Below are positions 1 through 11,575 of a stretch of 64,000 nt of DNA, piece by piece. A program made the translations under genes and the position numbers. Each line of letters begins with the position of its first letter. Position 1 is the stretch's first letter. The notes under the pieces are model-generated. The model ran no database searches and was not told the origin of the DNA. It saw only the letters and a list, made by a program, of their open reading frames with translations. Origin of the DNA: Anaeramoeba ignava BMAN (taxonomy: Eukaryota > Protista > Anaeramoebae); contig JAPDFW010000086.1 in assembly GCA_028826165.1 (NCBI GenBank), positions 257,245-321,244 of the forward strand, in the 5' to 3' direction.

Positions 1-1220
1 ATTTTCCATTAATATTCATTTTTACATCACCAATCTCTACTTTTTTCTCCTTGGCAATCATTCTCAAAAGAACTACTTCACAACCAGCTAATCCTGAAAG
101 AGTAACATAAAGTGGATTTGGTCCTTTCTATTATTTTTATTAAATATTGAATATTAAATTAAATATTGAATATTAAATATTGAATTGAATATTAAATTGA
201 ATATTAAATTGAATATTAAATTAAATATTAAATTGAAAATTGAATATTAAATATTAAATATTGAATATTGAATATTGAATATTGAATATTAAATATTGAA
301 TTGAATTGAATATTAAATTAAATATTAAATTGAATATTAAATATTGATTTGAATTAAATATTAAATTGAATATTGAATTGAATATTTAAATTGAATATTA
401 AATTGAATTGAATATTGATTTGAAATTAAAATATGAATAAATATTAAATATTGAATTAAATATTAAATGAATTGAATTGAATATTAAATATGAATAAATG
501 AATTGAATATTGAATTGAATATTAATTTGAATATTAAATTAAATATTAAATTGAATATTAAATTAAATATTAAATTGAAAATTGAAAATATTAAAATTGA
601 AAATTGAATTGAATATTGATTTGAATATTAAATTATATTGAATTTGAATATTAAATTGAATATTGAATTAAATATTAAATATTGATTTTGAATTAAATAT
701 TAAATTGAATATTGAATTGAATATTAAATTGAATATTGAATTGAATATTGAATTGAATATTAAATATTGAATTAAATATTGAATTGAATATTAAATATTG
801 AATATTAAATTAAATATTAAATTGAATATTAAATTGAATATTAAATTGAATATTAAATATTGAATTGAATTAAATATTGAATTAAATATTATATTGAATA
901 TTAAATATTGATTTGAATTAAATATTAAATATTGATTTGAATTAAATATTAAATATTGATTTGAATATTAAATATTAAATTGAATATTGAATTGAATATT
1001 AAATTAAATTAAATATTAAATTAAAAGAAATTACATTATTTCCTCCTAGATTTTTGGGTTCGTCACAATGAACCTGAAAATTTGCTGCTTGGGATTGTGT
1101 GTGTAAAGGCTCTTCTTTCTTTCCTATTGTGGATACTTTTATATTTACCCATTCTGAAGCAAACCTCGAAAAACTAGAAAGGAAAGGATTTTTTGGTTTA
1201 GTAAAAAAAGATTTAATCAT
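1..1220 (-). CDS. OsmC: OsmC/Ohr-family peroxidase with putative mitochondrion-related-organelle presequence (partial; exon1 1220-1035, exon2 127-<1)
   Basis: Splicing GT(1034)..AG(128) in phase 0 joins ...VHCDEPKNLGGNN to KGPNPLYVTLSGLAGCEVVLLRMIAKEKKVEIGDVKMNING. This is the DEP..GG...GPNP......LAGC signature of OsmC-like proteins. N-terminus MIKSFFTKPKNPFLSSFSRFA is basic/hydroxylated with no acidic residues. Confidence 0.85.
128..1034 (-). repeat. 907-nt intron of OsmC filled with degenerate AATATTG/AATTG/AATATTA simple repeats
   Basis: GT..AG ends restore the reading frame. Interior is almost entirely reiterated ttgaatattaaa-type units. Confidence 0.85.
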
Positions 1221-1647
1221 TGAAATAATTTCTTTGAAAGAAAGAAAAAATGAATTGAAAAAATTAAATGAATCTTAAGGGATAATTATTTTTGAAAAGA
1301 TGATTTGGCAAGTTTTTTTTTGTAAAGATTTGTTTTTTGTTTTTAATTATTGACTATACAAATGATCAAATTAAATAAAAAGTAAAAAGAATTGCTTCTT
1401 TAAATTTGAATGAAGAAATAAAAAGAAAAAAGAATAAGATTGAGTTAATGAATTTCGATTAACCAATTTGTAAAAAAAAAAGCAAAAATTGATCAATTTA
1501 TAATTTCTCAATCAAACATTAGAAAATTGAAGAGAACTTTTCTGAGATAAATCCTCAACAAAAGTATTAAGATTTTTAATTAAATTTTGAATTAAGATTT
1601 TGAATTTAGATTTTATTACTCTTGTTGTTATTTGATTAACTTTTTTT

Positions 1648-2605
1648 TGGATTTGATTTGGATTTGGATTTGGATTTGGAATGGATTTGAATTGGAATTG
1701 ATTTGGATTTGATTTGGATTTGATTTGGAATTGATTTGATTTGAATTTTATTTTGATTTGGAATTGATTTGGAATTGATTTGGAATTGATTTGGAATTGA
1801 TTTGATTTGGAATTGATTTGATTTGAATTTTATTTTGATTTGGAATTGATTTGGATTTGGATTTGATTTGGATTTGGATTTGATTTGGATTTGAAATTTG
1901 ATTTGATTTGATTTGATTTTTGAAATTTGATTTGATTTTATTTAATTTGATTTTGAATTTGGAATTGATTTTGATTTGGAATTGATTTGGATTTGGAATT
2001 GATTTTGAAATTGATTTGATTTGAATTTGAATTTGATTTGAAATTTTGAATTTGAATTTGAATTTGATTTGAATTTGATTTAGGAATTTGAATTTGAATT
2101 TGATTTAATTTGAATTTGAAAATTTGAATTTGAATTTGATTAATTGAAGTAATTTTTTAATTGGAAATTTGATTTGAATTTGAATTTGATTTGATTTGGA
2201 TTTGATTTGAAATTTGATTTGAATTTGAAATTTGGAATTGATTTGGATTTTGGAATTGATTTGGATTTGATTTGATTGATTTGGATTGATTGGATTTGAT
2301 TTGAATTTGATTAAATGATTGAATTAAATATTGATTTGAATTTTGATTTGATTTGGATTTGGATTTGGAATTGATTTGGAATTGATTTGGATTTGATTTG
2401 GAATTGATTTGGAATTGATTTGGAATTGATTTGGAATTGATTTGGATTTGATTTGGAATTGATTTGGATTTGATTTGGAATTGACTTGGAATTGATTTGG
2501 AATTGTTTTGGAATTGTTTTGGATTTGGAATTGAATATTAAATATTGAATTGAATATTGATTTGATTTGAATATTGAATTAAATATTGATTTGGATTTGG
2601 ATTTT
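1648..2605. repeat. Intergenic simple-repeat tract (GGAATTGATTT 11-mer, GATTTG/GAATTT hexamers)
   Basis: Visible tandem units between the divergently transcribed OsmC and cathepsin genes. Confidence 0.85.
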
Positions 2606-2784
2606 GTTATTGATCATTTTATTGTTTTAAAAATATTTAAGAATAAAATGACGAATAAAGAATAAAAGAAATCAAAAGGAAAAAACGTAATAAAAAAAGA
2701 AAAATGACGAATTTAAAACAAAATAGAAAAAAAACAGAATAATTTTTTCATTTTTTTTTTCATTTTTTTTTTAAATTCAATAAA

Positions 2785-5030
2785 ATGAAAATTGCAATAA
2801 TTCTTTCATTACTTTTCATTTTTGCAACAATTTATGCAGAAACTGATTATAAAGAACTATTTCAACAATACAAACAAAAATACAACAAAAAATATGATTT
2901 AGAAGAAGAAAGTTTCCGATTCAGAATATTTCAAGAAAGAGTAAAGAAAATCGCAAAACACAATTCTGAAAACAAAAGTTATCGATTAGGAATTAATGAA
3001 TTTAGTGATCAAAGTTATGAAGAATTGAGTCGTTATTTAATCAATGAAAAAACAGTTACAGAAAAGCCAACTCAACAAAAAGGTGAATAAAATAATTCAA
3101 ATAATTTAATAAAATAATTAATAATTTAATAAATTTAATAAATAAATTAATTAATAAATAAATTAATAAATTAATTAATAAATAAATTGATAAATAAATT
3201 AATTAATAAATAAATTAATAAATAAATTAATTAATAAATTAATAAAAATAAATAAAAATTTCAATAAATAAATAATTTAATAAATAAATTAATAAATAAA
3301 TAAATAAATAAATTAATAAATAAATTTAATAAATAAATAAATAAATTAATAAATAAATTAATAAATAAATTTAATAAATAAATTAATAAATAAATTAATA
3401 AATAAATTAATAAATAAATTAATAAATAGAATTTAATAAATAAATTAAAAATTTAATAAATAAATTAATAAATAAATTTAAATAATTTAATAAATAATTT
3501 AATAAATAAATTAATAAATAATTTAATAAATAAATTAATAAATAATTTAAATAAAATAAATAATTTAATAAATAAATTAATAATTTAATAAATAAATTAA
3601 TAAATAATTTTAATAAATAAATTAATAAATAAATTAATAAATAAATTAATAAATAAATTAATAAATAAATTAATAAATAAATAATTAAATAAATAAATAA
3701 TTTAATAAATAAATTAATAAATAAATAAATAATTTAATAAATAAATTAATTAATAAATAAATTAATAAATAAATTAATAAATAATTAAATAAATTTAAAT
3801 AAAATAAAAATTTAATAAATAAATTTTTATCCGATTTGAAATAAATTAATAATTTAATAAATAAAATAAATAATTAATAAATAAATAAATAATTTAATAA
3901 ATAAATTAATAAATAAATAAATAAATTAATAAATTAATTAATAAATAATTTAATAAATAATTTAATCAATAATTCAAATAATTTAATAAATAAATTAATA
4001 AATAAATTTTTGAAATAAATTAATAAATAAATTAATAAATAAATTAATAAATAAATTAATAAATAATTTAATAATTAATTAAATTAAAAATAAATTAATA
4101 ATTAAATTAAAAATAAATTTTTATCCGATTTTGAAATAAATTAATAAATAAATTAATAAATAAATTGATAAATAAATTAATAAATAAATTAATAAATAAA
4201 TTAATAAATAAATTAATAAATAAATTTAATAAATAAATTAATAAATAAATAAAAATAAATTAATAATTAAATTAATAAATAAATTTTTATCCGATTTTGA
4301 AATTAATAAATTAAATTATTGGAAAAAAAAAGGTGAAAAAAAAGAAAACTCAATAAAATCACCAGATTTATTTGATTGGCGAACAAAAGGAGTAGTTACA
4401 CCAGTAAAAGATCAAGGATCATGCGGATCATGCTGGTCATTTGGAACAACAGGATGTTTAGAAGGATGTGCAGCTATTGACGCGGGAGAATTAATTTCAT
4501 TATCAGAACAACAACTAGTGGATTGCGACTCAACCTGTTCTGGCTGTGGAGGAGGACTTGCCTCTAATGCATTTGCATGGATCAAGGGAAATGGAGGAAT
4601 TTGCTCTGAGAAGGACTATCCATATGTAGCAGTAGATCAAACCTGCAAAACAACATGCAAACCAGTTGCTACACTTACTTCTGATACTCAATCAACTTAT
4701 GGAGACGAAAACGCTCTTAAAGACAACTGCTACAATTACGGCCCAATCTCGGTCTCTATTTATGTCATGGGTGACTTTTATGATTACTCTTCTGGCGTCT
4801 ATTATAATGCTAAATGCCCGAATACTACACATAATCATGCTGTCTTAGTCGTCGGTTATGGTCATGATTCTAATTCAGATATGGATTATTGGATCGTTAA
4901 AAATTCTTGGGGTGCTTCCTGGGGTTTGGCTGGTTATATTTTGATGGCAAGAAATAAAAATGGTATGTGTGCTATTGCTAGTAATGCTTATTATCTCGAG
5001 GGTTGCTCAATTATTAACCCAAGTCAATAA
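2785..5030 (+). CDS. Cathepsin L-like papain-family (C1A) cysteine protease, ~331 aa (exons 2785-3082, 4333-5030)
   Basis: Signal peptide and I29 propeptide with ERFNIN-like EESFRFRIFQERVKKIAKHN. Spliced exon 2 reads DWRTKGVVTPVKDQGSCGSCWSF (catalytic Cys), NHAVLVVGYG (His) and YWIVKNSWG (Asn). Confidence 0.95.
3083..4332 (+). repeat. 1250-nt cathepsin intron filled with AATAAATAAATT-type repeats
   Basis: Phase-1 GT..AG restores frame. Interior is nearly pure A/T repeats with three copies of aaatttttatccgattt(t)gaaat. Confidence 0.9.
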
Positions 5031-5680
5031 TCAATTCAAATCAAATCAATTCAATTCAATTCAAATCAAATCTTTTTTTTTGAATTCTTTTCAAATCAAA
5101 ATTAAATCAATTCAAATCAATTCTTTTTTTTTGAATTCTTTTCAAATCAAAATTAAATCAATCCAAATCAAATGAATTCTTTTTTTTTTGAAATCTTTTC
5201 ATTTCAAAATTAAATCAATTCAAATCAAATGAATTCTTTTCAATTCAAAATCAAATTCAAATCAATTCAAATCTTTTTTTTTGAATTCTTTTCATTTCAA
5301 AATCAAATCAAATCAATTCTTTTTTTTTGAATTCTTTTCATTTCAAAATCAAATCAATTCAAATCAAATCAATTCTTTTTTTTTGAATTCTTTTCATTTC
5401 AAAATCAATTCTTTTTTTTGAATTCTTTTCAAATCAAAATTAAATCAATCCAATTCAATTCTTTTTTTTTGAATTCTTTTCATTTCAAAATTAAATCAAA
5501 TCCTTTTTTTTTGAATTCTATTTTTTGAATTCTTTTCAAATCAAAATCAATTCAAATCAAATCAATTCTTTTTTTTGAATTCTTTTCATTTCAAAATCAA
5601 TTCTTTTTTTTTGAATTCTTTTCATTTCAAAATCAATCCTTTTTTTTGAATTCTTTTCATTTCAAAATTAAATCAATTAT
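5031..5680. repeat. ~14 tandem 35-50-bp units (tcttttttttgaattcttttcatttcaaaattaaatcaat) between convergent genes
   Basis: Units match the reverse complement of the last codons, stop and immediate 3' flank of the ankyrin-BTB gene. Confidence 0.85.
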
Positions 5681-7180
5681 AGAATTTAAATTTAATTGAT
5701 AATATTCTTTTATATCTAAATATTCTTCTTCAATTTCTTTCTTTTCAATATTTTTTGGGAATTCATCATGATAAAGAAAATAAATTAATTGTTGAATTGT
5801 TTCAAACGATTTTCCTGAATAATCATGAACTTGATTTGATGTATCTTCAACATTTAAAAACATCCCTTTATATAATTCACTTCTTAATATTAATATTAAT
5901 TTATGAACTTTAATTTCTTTTTCTTTTGAAATTATTGTGAAATCTTTTGTTTCATTTTCTTCATATAATTTCGATAAATCTTTTATTATTCCTCTTCTTC
6001 CTTTTTTATTTTCAATCCATTTTGACTCTAACCCAATTTCTTGAAATAGTTTCCCAATTTTTTCTTCTTTTTCTTCTTCTTCATCTCCAAGAATACTCAA
6101 AAAATTCGTATCGTAATTAACAATTAAATCTTCTAATTTCTCTTCATTTGGAATATCGTTAATCTTCTTTTTTTGATTCAAACTTTGATAAATTTGTTGA
6201 AAATCAAAAAATCCTGTATAAAGAAAACTTAAAGCAATTTCAACTTCTTCTTTTGATTTTTGTGAACAAATTTCAGAAAATTTTTGCAAAATCAAATCAT
6301 TATAATCAAATCTTGTTGATAAAATTAACTTATGAACATTGAATTTAAATGAATCTTTTGATTTAATTTGATAATCAGGAAATTCATCTTGTGAATTCAA
6401 TAACTTTTTCAGATCTTCATTAATCGAATAAATTTGGAAAAATAAATGAATAAATTCATTTGTAATTTCATCTTCTTGCAAAAGAAAAATATCAACATCA
6501 TTCATAAGCATTAATTCAATTAAATCTTTTCTTTTTTTTTCGATTAATATCGAAAGTGCAATTTGATCTCCAAATCCACGAGCATTCAAATCAATTCCTT
6601 TTTCAATTACATATTTTAGCATTTCAAATGTTGAATTTTCATTGAGACAAAGAAGATGCAGAGGTGTATCATTATAAAAATCAATTGTTGCATTGATATC
6701 ACTTCCTTTTTCAACCAAATATTTGATAATCTCAAATGATAGATTTTCATTTTTGCAAACATAATGAAAAGGGGTTTGATTATAATCATCTGTTGTTGCA
6801 TTGATATCACTTCCTTTTTCAACCAAATATTTGATAATCTCAAATGATAGATTTTCATTTTTACAAGCTAAATGTAAACATGCTTCTTTATTTTTTGTTT
6901 TTGCATTGATATCAACTCCTTTTTCAATTAAAAGATTAAATATATCAATTCCTTCATTATTTAGAATTGCAATATGAAAAGAATTCCTTCCTAAATTATC
7001 AGTCAAATTCGGATTCGCTCCTTTTTCAATCAAAAGATTTATCATTTTTTTTGAAAATTTTTTTTCTATTGCAAAATTCAAAAGTGGTTTTTTTTCTTTT
7101 ATTAATTCATTTTGTGGAATTCTTTCAATTTCTTTTAAGTAAGAAATGTTTTGATTTTGGATAACTTCCCAAATATCCAT
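5657..7180 (-). CDS. Ankyrin-repeat + twin BTB/POZ domain protein (507 aa)
   Basis: About 5-6 ankyrin repeats (e.g. TPFHYVC..IIKYLVEKGSDIN). Two BTB-type segments (DYQIK..FNVHKLILSTR; DFTII..KVHKLILILRSELYKGMF). Confidence 0.9.
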   Translation of the reverse strand: MDIWEVIQNQNISYLKEIERIPQNELIKEKKPLLNFAIEKKFSKKMINLLIEKGANPNLTDNLGRNSFHIAILNNEGIDIFNLLIEKGVDINAKTKNKEACLHLACKNENLSFEIIKYLVEKGSDINATTDDYNQTPFHYVCKNENLSFEIIKYLVEKGSDINATIDFYNDTPLHLLCLNENSTFEMLKYVIEKGIDLNARGFGDQIALSILIEKKRKDLIELMLMNDVDIFLLQEDEITNEFIHLFFQIYSINEDLKKLLNSQDEFPDYQIKSKDSFKFNVHKLILSTRFDYNDLILQKFSEICSQKSKEEVEIALSFLYTGFFDFQQIYQSLNQKKKINDIPNEEKLEDLIVNYDTNFLSILGDEEEEKEEKIGKLFQEIGLESKWIENKKGRRGIIKDLSKLYEENETKDFTIISKEKEIKVHKLILILRSELYKGMFLNVEDTSNQVHDYSGKSFETIQQLIYFLYHDEFPKNIEKKEIEEEYLDIKEYYQLNLNSIIDLILK

Positions 7181-7219
7181 TTTTTTCTTTTTTTAAGGAA
7201 ATGAAAAAAATGAAAAAAA

Positions 7220-9497
7220 TTAAAAATTTGATTTTGAGTTTGATTGAAAATTTAAGTTGTTCCAAATTGTTTCTTGTTTGTGAATTTTGGAAGAAGCAAA
7301 TAAGAATTGATAGAAATCAAGAGATTTTAATCCAAAAATCTCTTCTTTATTAACCAAAATAACAGGATCTTTTGCAAATTGTGAAGTTGTTTCCAAATAA
7401 TCTTGATGAGTGAAATAAAAATAATAATGATTTTTAGGAAGAATTAATGTTGATTTTCGAATTTTTTGGATTTCTTTGTGTGTTAAATGTTTCTCTTCAT
7501 TTTCTTTTTGTTTTTGGTAAAGTTGCTTGATTTTTGCTTTTTGTTTTTTTTGTTCAGATTCAATTTCATTCCATTTTGGAATTGAACAATTCATTCCACT
7601 TAATTCAGAATAGTATTGTAAAATTGATGTGTTTGTTTGATTTTCGAAATCTCGATCTTGGAATAAACTATCCACTTTTGAAAAATTTTCATTATAAATT
7701 TGAGTGGAAACTTGAATGAAAAATAATTCTTTTTCTTTTTTCTCGTTTTCTGATAAACAAACAAAATCAATACGAGAATGTCCTTCAAAACAAACAATAA
7801 AATCTCCAACTTCCATTTTTTTTAATGGATTATCCTTATCTTGATAGATAATATTGCGAATCTTAATGTTGAAAGTGAAAGGATTTCTTTGCTTTCCTTG
7901 AAGACTCATATGGTTTAATTCAATTTTAGAACCTAAACTTCTTCGAAATATGTTCAAAACAACTAATTCAAAAGCTCTCAATTCATCTCCACTTTGGAAA
8001 AGAAATCGAAACAATGAAATTTGGGGTTTTTCAAAAGCTTCAAAAAACGCTTCTCGGATATATTTTGTTATTGGAACTAACTTCAAATTAGATTCAAAAT
8101 AGGAAGTTGGTTGAATTTGTTGGTTGGAATTTGTTTTTTTCTCTTTCTTTTCATCATTCTCTTCTTCAATTAATATTTCTTCAAATAATTCAGCTACTTC
8201 CCAAAAATCGGGTATAAAATCGGGATTTTCATTCAAACAAACCATTGTTGGAAATTCAATTTCTTGTCTCATACGATTTGGATCCCAAAGTTCTTGAATT
8301 TTTTCCAAAATAAATTCTATTCTTTTTTGATAATGTGAAATACAATTTTTTTGGGATTGAATTAAAAATTTTCTTGTATCTCCTGAAAAAGTATTCAAAT
8401 CATCATAAGTTTGTGAAATTATATAAAGCATTCTTGGTGATTTGTTTGTTAAATCTTCAAATTTTTCAATGGTTTGATCTTGAGGAAGTTTGTTTTCTTT
8501 TTGTTTCCATTTTGAAAGTATTTCAAATTCTTCTTGATTGTAAAAATATGATTTAAAACCTGATGTAATCAAATCAATATCCCGAATTGTGTTTCTATAT
8601 TCAAAACTTGGACTTGTTGCTACAATAATTAATCCACTTTGAATTTCGCGAACTGTTTTAAAAAAATCCAAAATATGTTTTTGATTTTGATTTTGATTTG
8701 TTTCTCTAAAAAGATCATTGTAATTATCAAGCGCAATCAAAATTCTGAACTCATTCGTTTTCAATTTAATTAATTTTTGTAAAAATATTTTACATAATCC
8801 AACTTTTTTTTGTTCATCTTGTAAAGGATCATCTTCAAACCAAAATTTTTTATCAAAATTAAATTTGCATTTTTGAAACAATGATTCCCCATAATTTTGA
8901 AAAAAATATTCCATAATTTCTGAAGCAACATCATGACTTTCCTTTTTTAAAAAATTTTGTAAATTATTGAGATAGAAAACAACCCATTTTTGTTTTTTAG
9001 AAAATGAATTTGAATTTGAATTTGGTTGATTTGGAATTTGATCTTTTTGATTAATTTTCGGATCTTGAAGAAAAGGCTAAAAAAAATGGATGTAATTTTG
9101 TTTTAGATTTATTTTAATTTAAAATATTTTTGAGTTTTTTGAAAATTAATATTTATTTCTTTCTTACATTAAATTGATAAAAATAAGCTGCTAAATGATA
9201 AAGAGAATAAGATTTTCCTGATCCATTTACTCCATGAAATACTCTAATTCCTGTTATTCCTTCTTCAATTTTCTTCATAAAAATTTGATTTTGTTTTCTA
9301 ATCAAGATTGGAGTTAAATTCCCATATTTTAACGAACCCATTTCTGAAGGTGAATCTATGAAAATATTAACAGGAATACCAGTGATTTTATTACAATTCT
9401 TTTTTTTTCTATGTTCTTCAATTCGGATTTTTGATAATTCTTCTTCAATTTGATTTCTATTCAAGTAATTTTCTGATTTTTCTTTTTTTGAATTCAT
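7220..9497 (-). CDS. P-loop NTPase + C-terminal restriction-endonuclease-fold protein, Crinkler/RHS-like, ~728 aa (exons 9497-9168, 9076-7220)
   Basis: A 91-nt GTAAGA..TTTTAG phase-0 intron joins the two ORFs in frame. Walker A HGVNGSGKS; Walker B-like ILIALDNYN; C-terminal AFE...RIDFVC...FFIQVS motif pattern. Confidence 0.7.
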
Positions 9498-9719
9498 AAT
9501 TGCTAAAAAAATTTTTTTTGATAAAAAAAAAATGAAGAAATAATTTAAATTTTTGTTTCTTTTATCCTCTTTTTTTTTTTTTTTTGATCAAAAAAAAATT
9601 TTTTTTTTCTTGTTTTTTTTTGAACAAATTTGACATTGATTAGATCTTTTTTTTTACAATTTGGAAAAAAGAAAATACTAAATTTTATCAATAATTTGAA
9701 TAAAAGTAATCAAAAATTA

Positions 9720-11330
9720 AATAAAGAATATTAAATAATTAATTCAAATCAAATTTAAATAAAATTTTCATTTATTAAATTAATATAAAATTATTCTCAA
9801 TCATTTAATAACATTTAAAAGGAAATTGAAATATTTTAATAAAGATAAAAATTTAATTTTAATAACTTTTAATAAGTGTTAATTTAGAATTAATTCAAAT
9901 CAAATTTAAATAAAATTTTCATTTATTAAATTAATATTTTTAATTATTTATTAATTCAATTTTAATTATAATAAAATATATTAAAATTGAAATATTTTAA
10001 TAAAGATAAAAATTTAATTTTAATAAGTTTTAATAATTATTTAATTTAGAATTATTTCAAGTCAAATTCAAATCAAATTTTCATTTATTAAAATAATATT
10101 TTTGATTATTTATTAATTCAATTTTAATTATAATAAAATATATTAAAATTAAAATATTTTAATAAAGATAAAAATTGAATTTTAATAAGTTTTAATAATT
10201 ATTTAATTTAGAATTAATTCAAATCAAATTTAAATCAAATTTTCATTTATTAAATTAATATAAAATTATTCTCAATAATTTAATAACATTTAAAAGAAAA
10301 TTAAAATATTTTAATAAAGATAAAAATTGAATTTTAATAAGTTTTAATAATTATTTAATTTAGAATTAATTTAAATAAAATTCAAATAAAATTTTCATTT
10401 ATTAAATTAATATTTTTGATTATTTATTAATCCAATTTTAATTATAATAAAATATATTAAAATTAAAATATTTTAATAAAGATAAAAATTGAATTTTAAT
10501 AACTTTTAATAATTATTTAATTTAGAATTATTTCAAATCAAATTCAAATCAAATTTTCATTTATTAAATTAATATTTTTAATTATTTATTAATCCAATTT
10601 TAATTATAATAAAATATATTAAAATTAAAATATTTTAATAAAGATAAAAATTTAATTTTAATAAATTTTAATAATTATTTAATTTAGAATTAATTCAAAT
10701 CAAATTCAAATAAAATTTTCATTTATTAAATTAATATTTTTAATTATTTATTAATTCAATTTTAATTATAATAAAATATATTAAAAATTGAAATATTTTA
10801 ATAAAGATAAAAATTTAATTTTAATAAGTTTTAATAATTATTTAATTTAGAATTATTTCAAGTCAAATTCAAATCAAATTTTCATTTATTAAAATAATAT
10901 TTTTGATTATTTATTAATCCAATTTTAATTATAATAAAAATATATTAAAATTGAAATATTTTAATAAAGATATATATTTAATTTTAATAATTTTTAATAA
11001 TTATTTAATTTAGAATTAATTTAAATAAAATTCAAATCAAATTTCCATTTATTAAAATAATATTTTTGATTATTTATTAATTCAATTTTAATTATAATAA
11101 AATATATTAAAATTGAAATATTTTAATAAAGATAAAAATTTAATTTTAATAAGTTTTAATAATTATTTAATTTAAAATTAATTCAAATAAAATTCAAATC
11201 AAATTTTCATTTATTAAAATAATATTTTTGATTATTTATTAATTCAATTTTAATTATAATAAAATATATTAAAATTGAAATATTTTAATAAAGATAAAAA
11301 TTTAATTTTAATAAGTTTTAATAAGTGTTA
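9720..11330. repeat. ~161-bp AT-rich satellite, ~10 copies (family A, locus 1)
   Basis: Anchor tattttaataaagataaaaa recurs every ~152-163 bp. Confidence 0.9.
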
Positions 11331-11575
11331 ATAATCGATTTCTTTCTAAATTTATTTATTAATAAAGAATTTAAGTTTAATTATTATTAATTTCTATTTC
11401 CAATTTTTATTTTTGTTTATTATCATTTATTCCAAATTTTTAATAATATTTTTAAATTAAATTTAAATAATTTAAAATTGGATTTGTTTCTTATTTATTG
11501 TTTTGAAGAATTTAATTTGATTGAAAGTAAATCAAAATAAAATTGAATTTTGAAAAAAAAATGAGAAAATAGTTT

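Noticed and set aside
1648-2605. Telomeric repeat or coding region
   Set aside because: Units are heterogeneous (11-mer and hexamers), internal, not TTAGGG-like, and no credible spliced ORF could be built.
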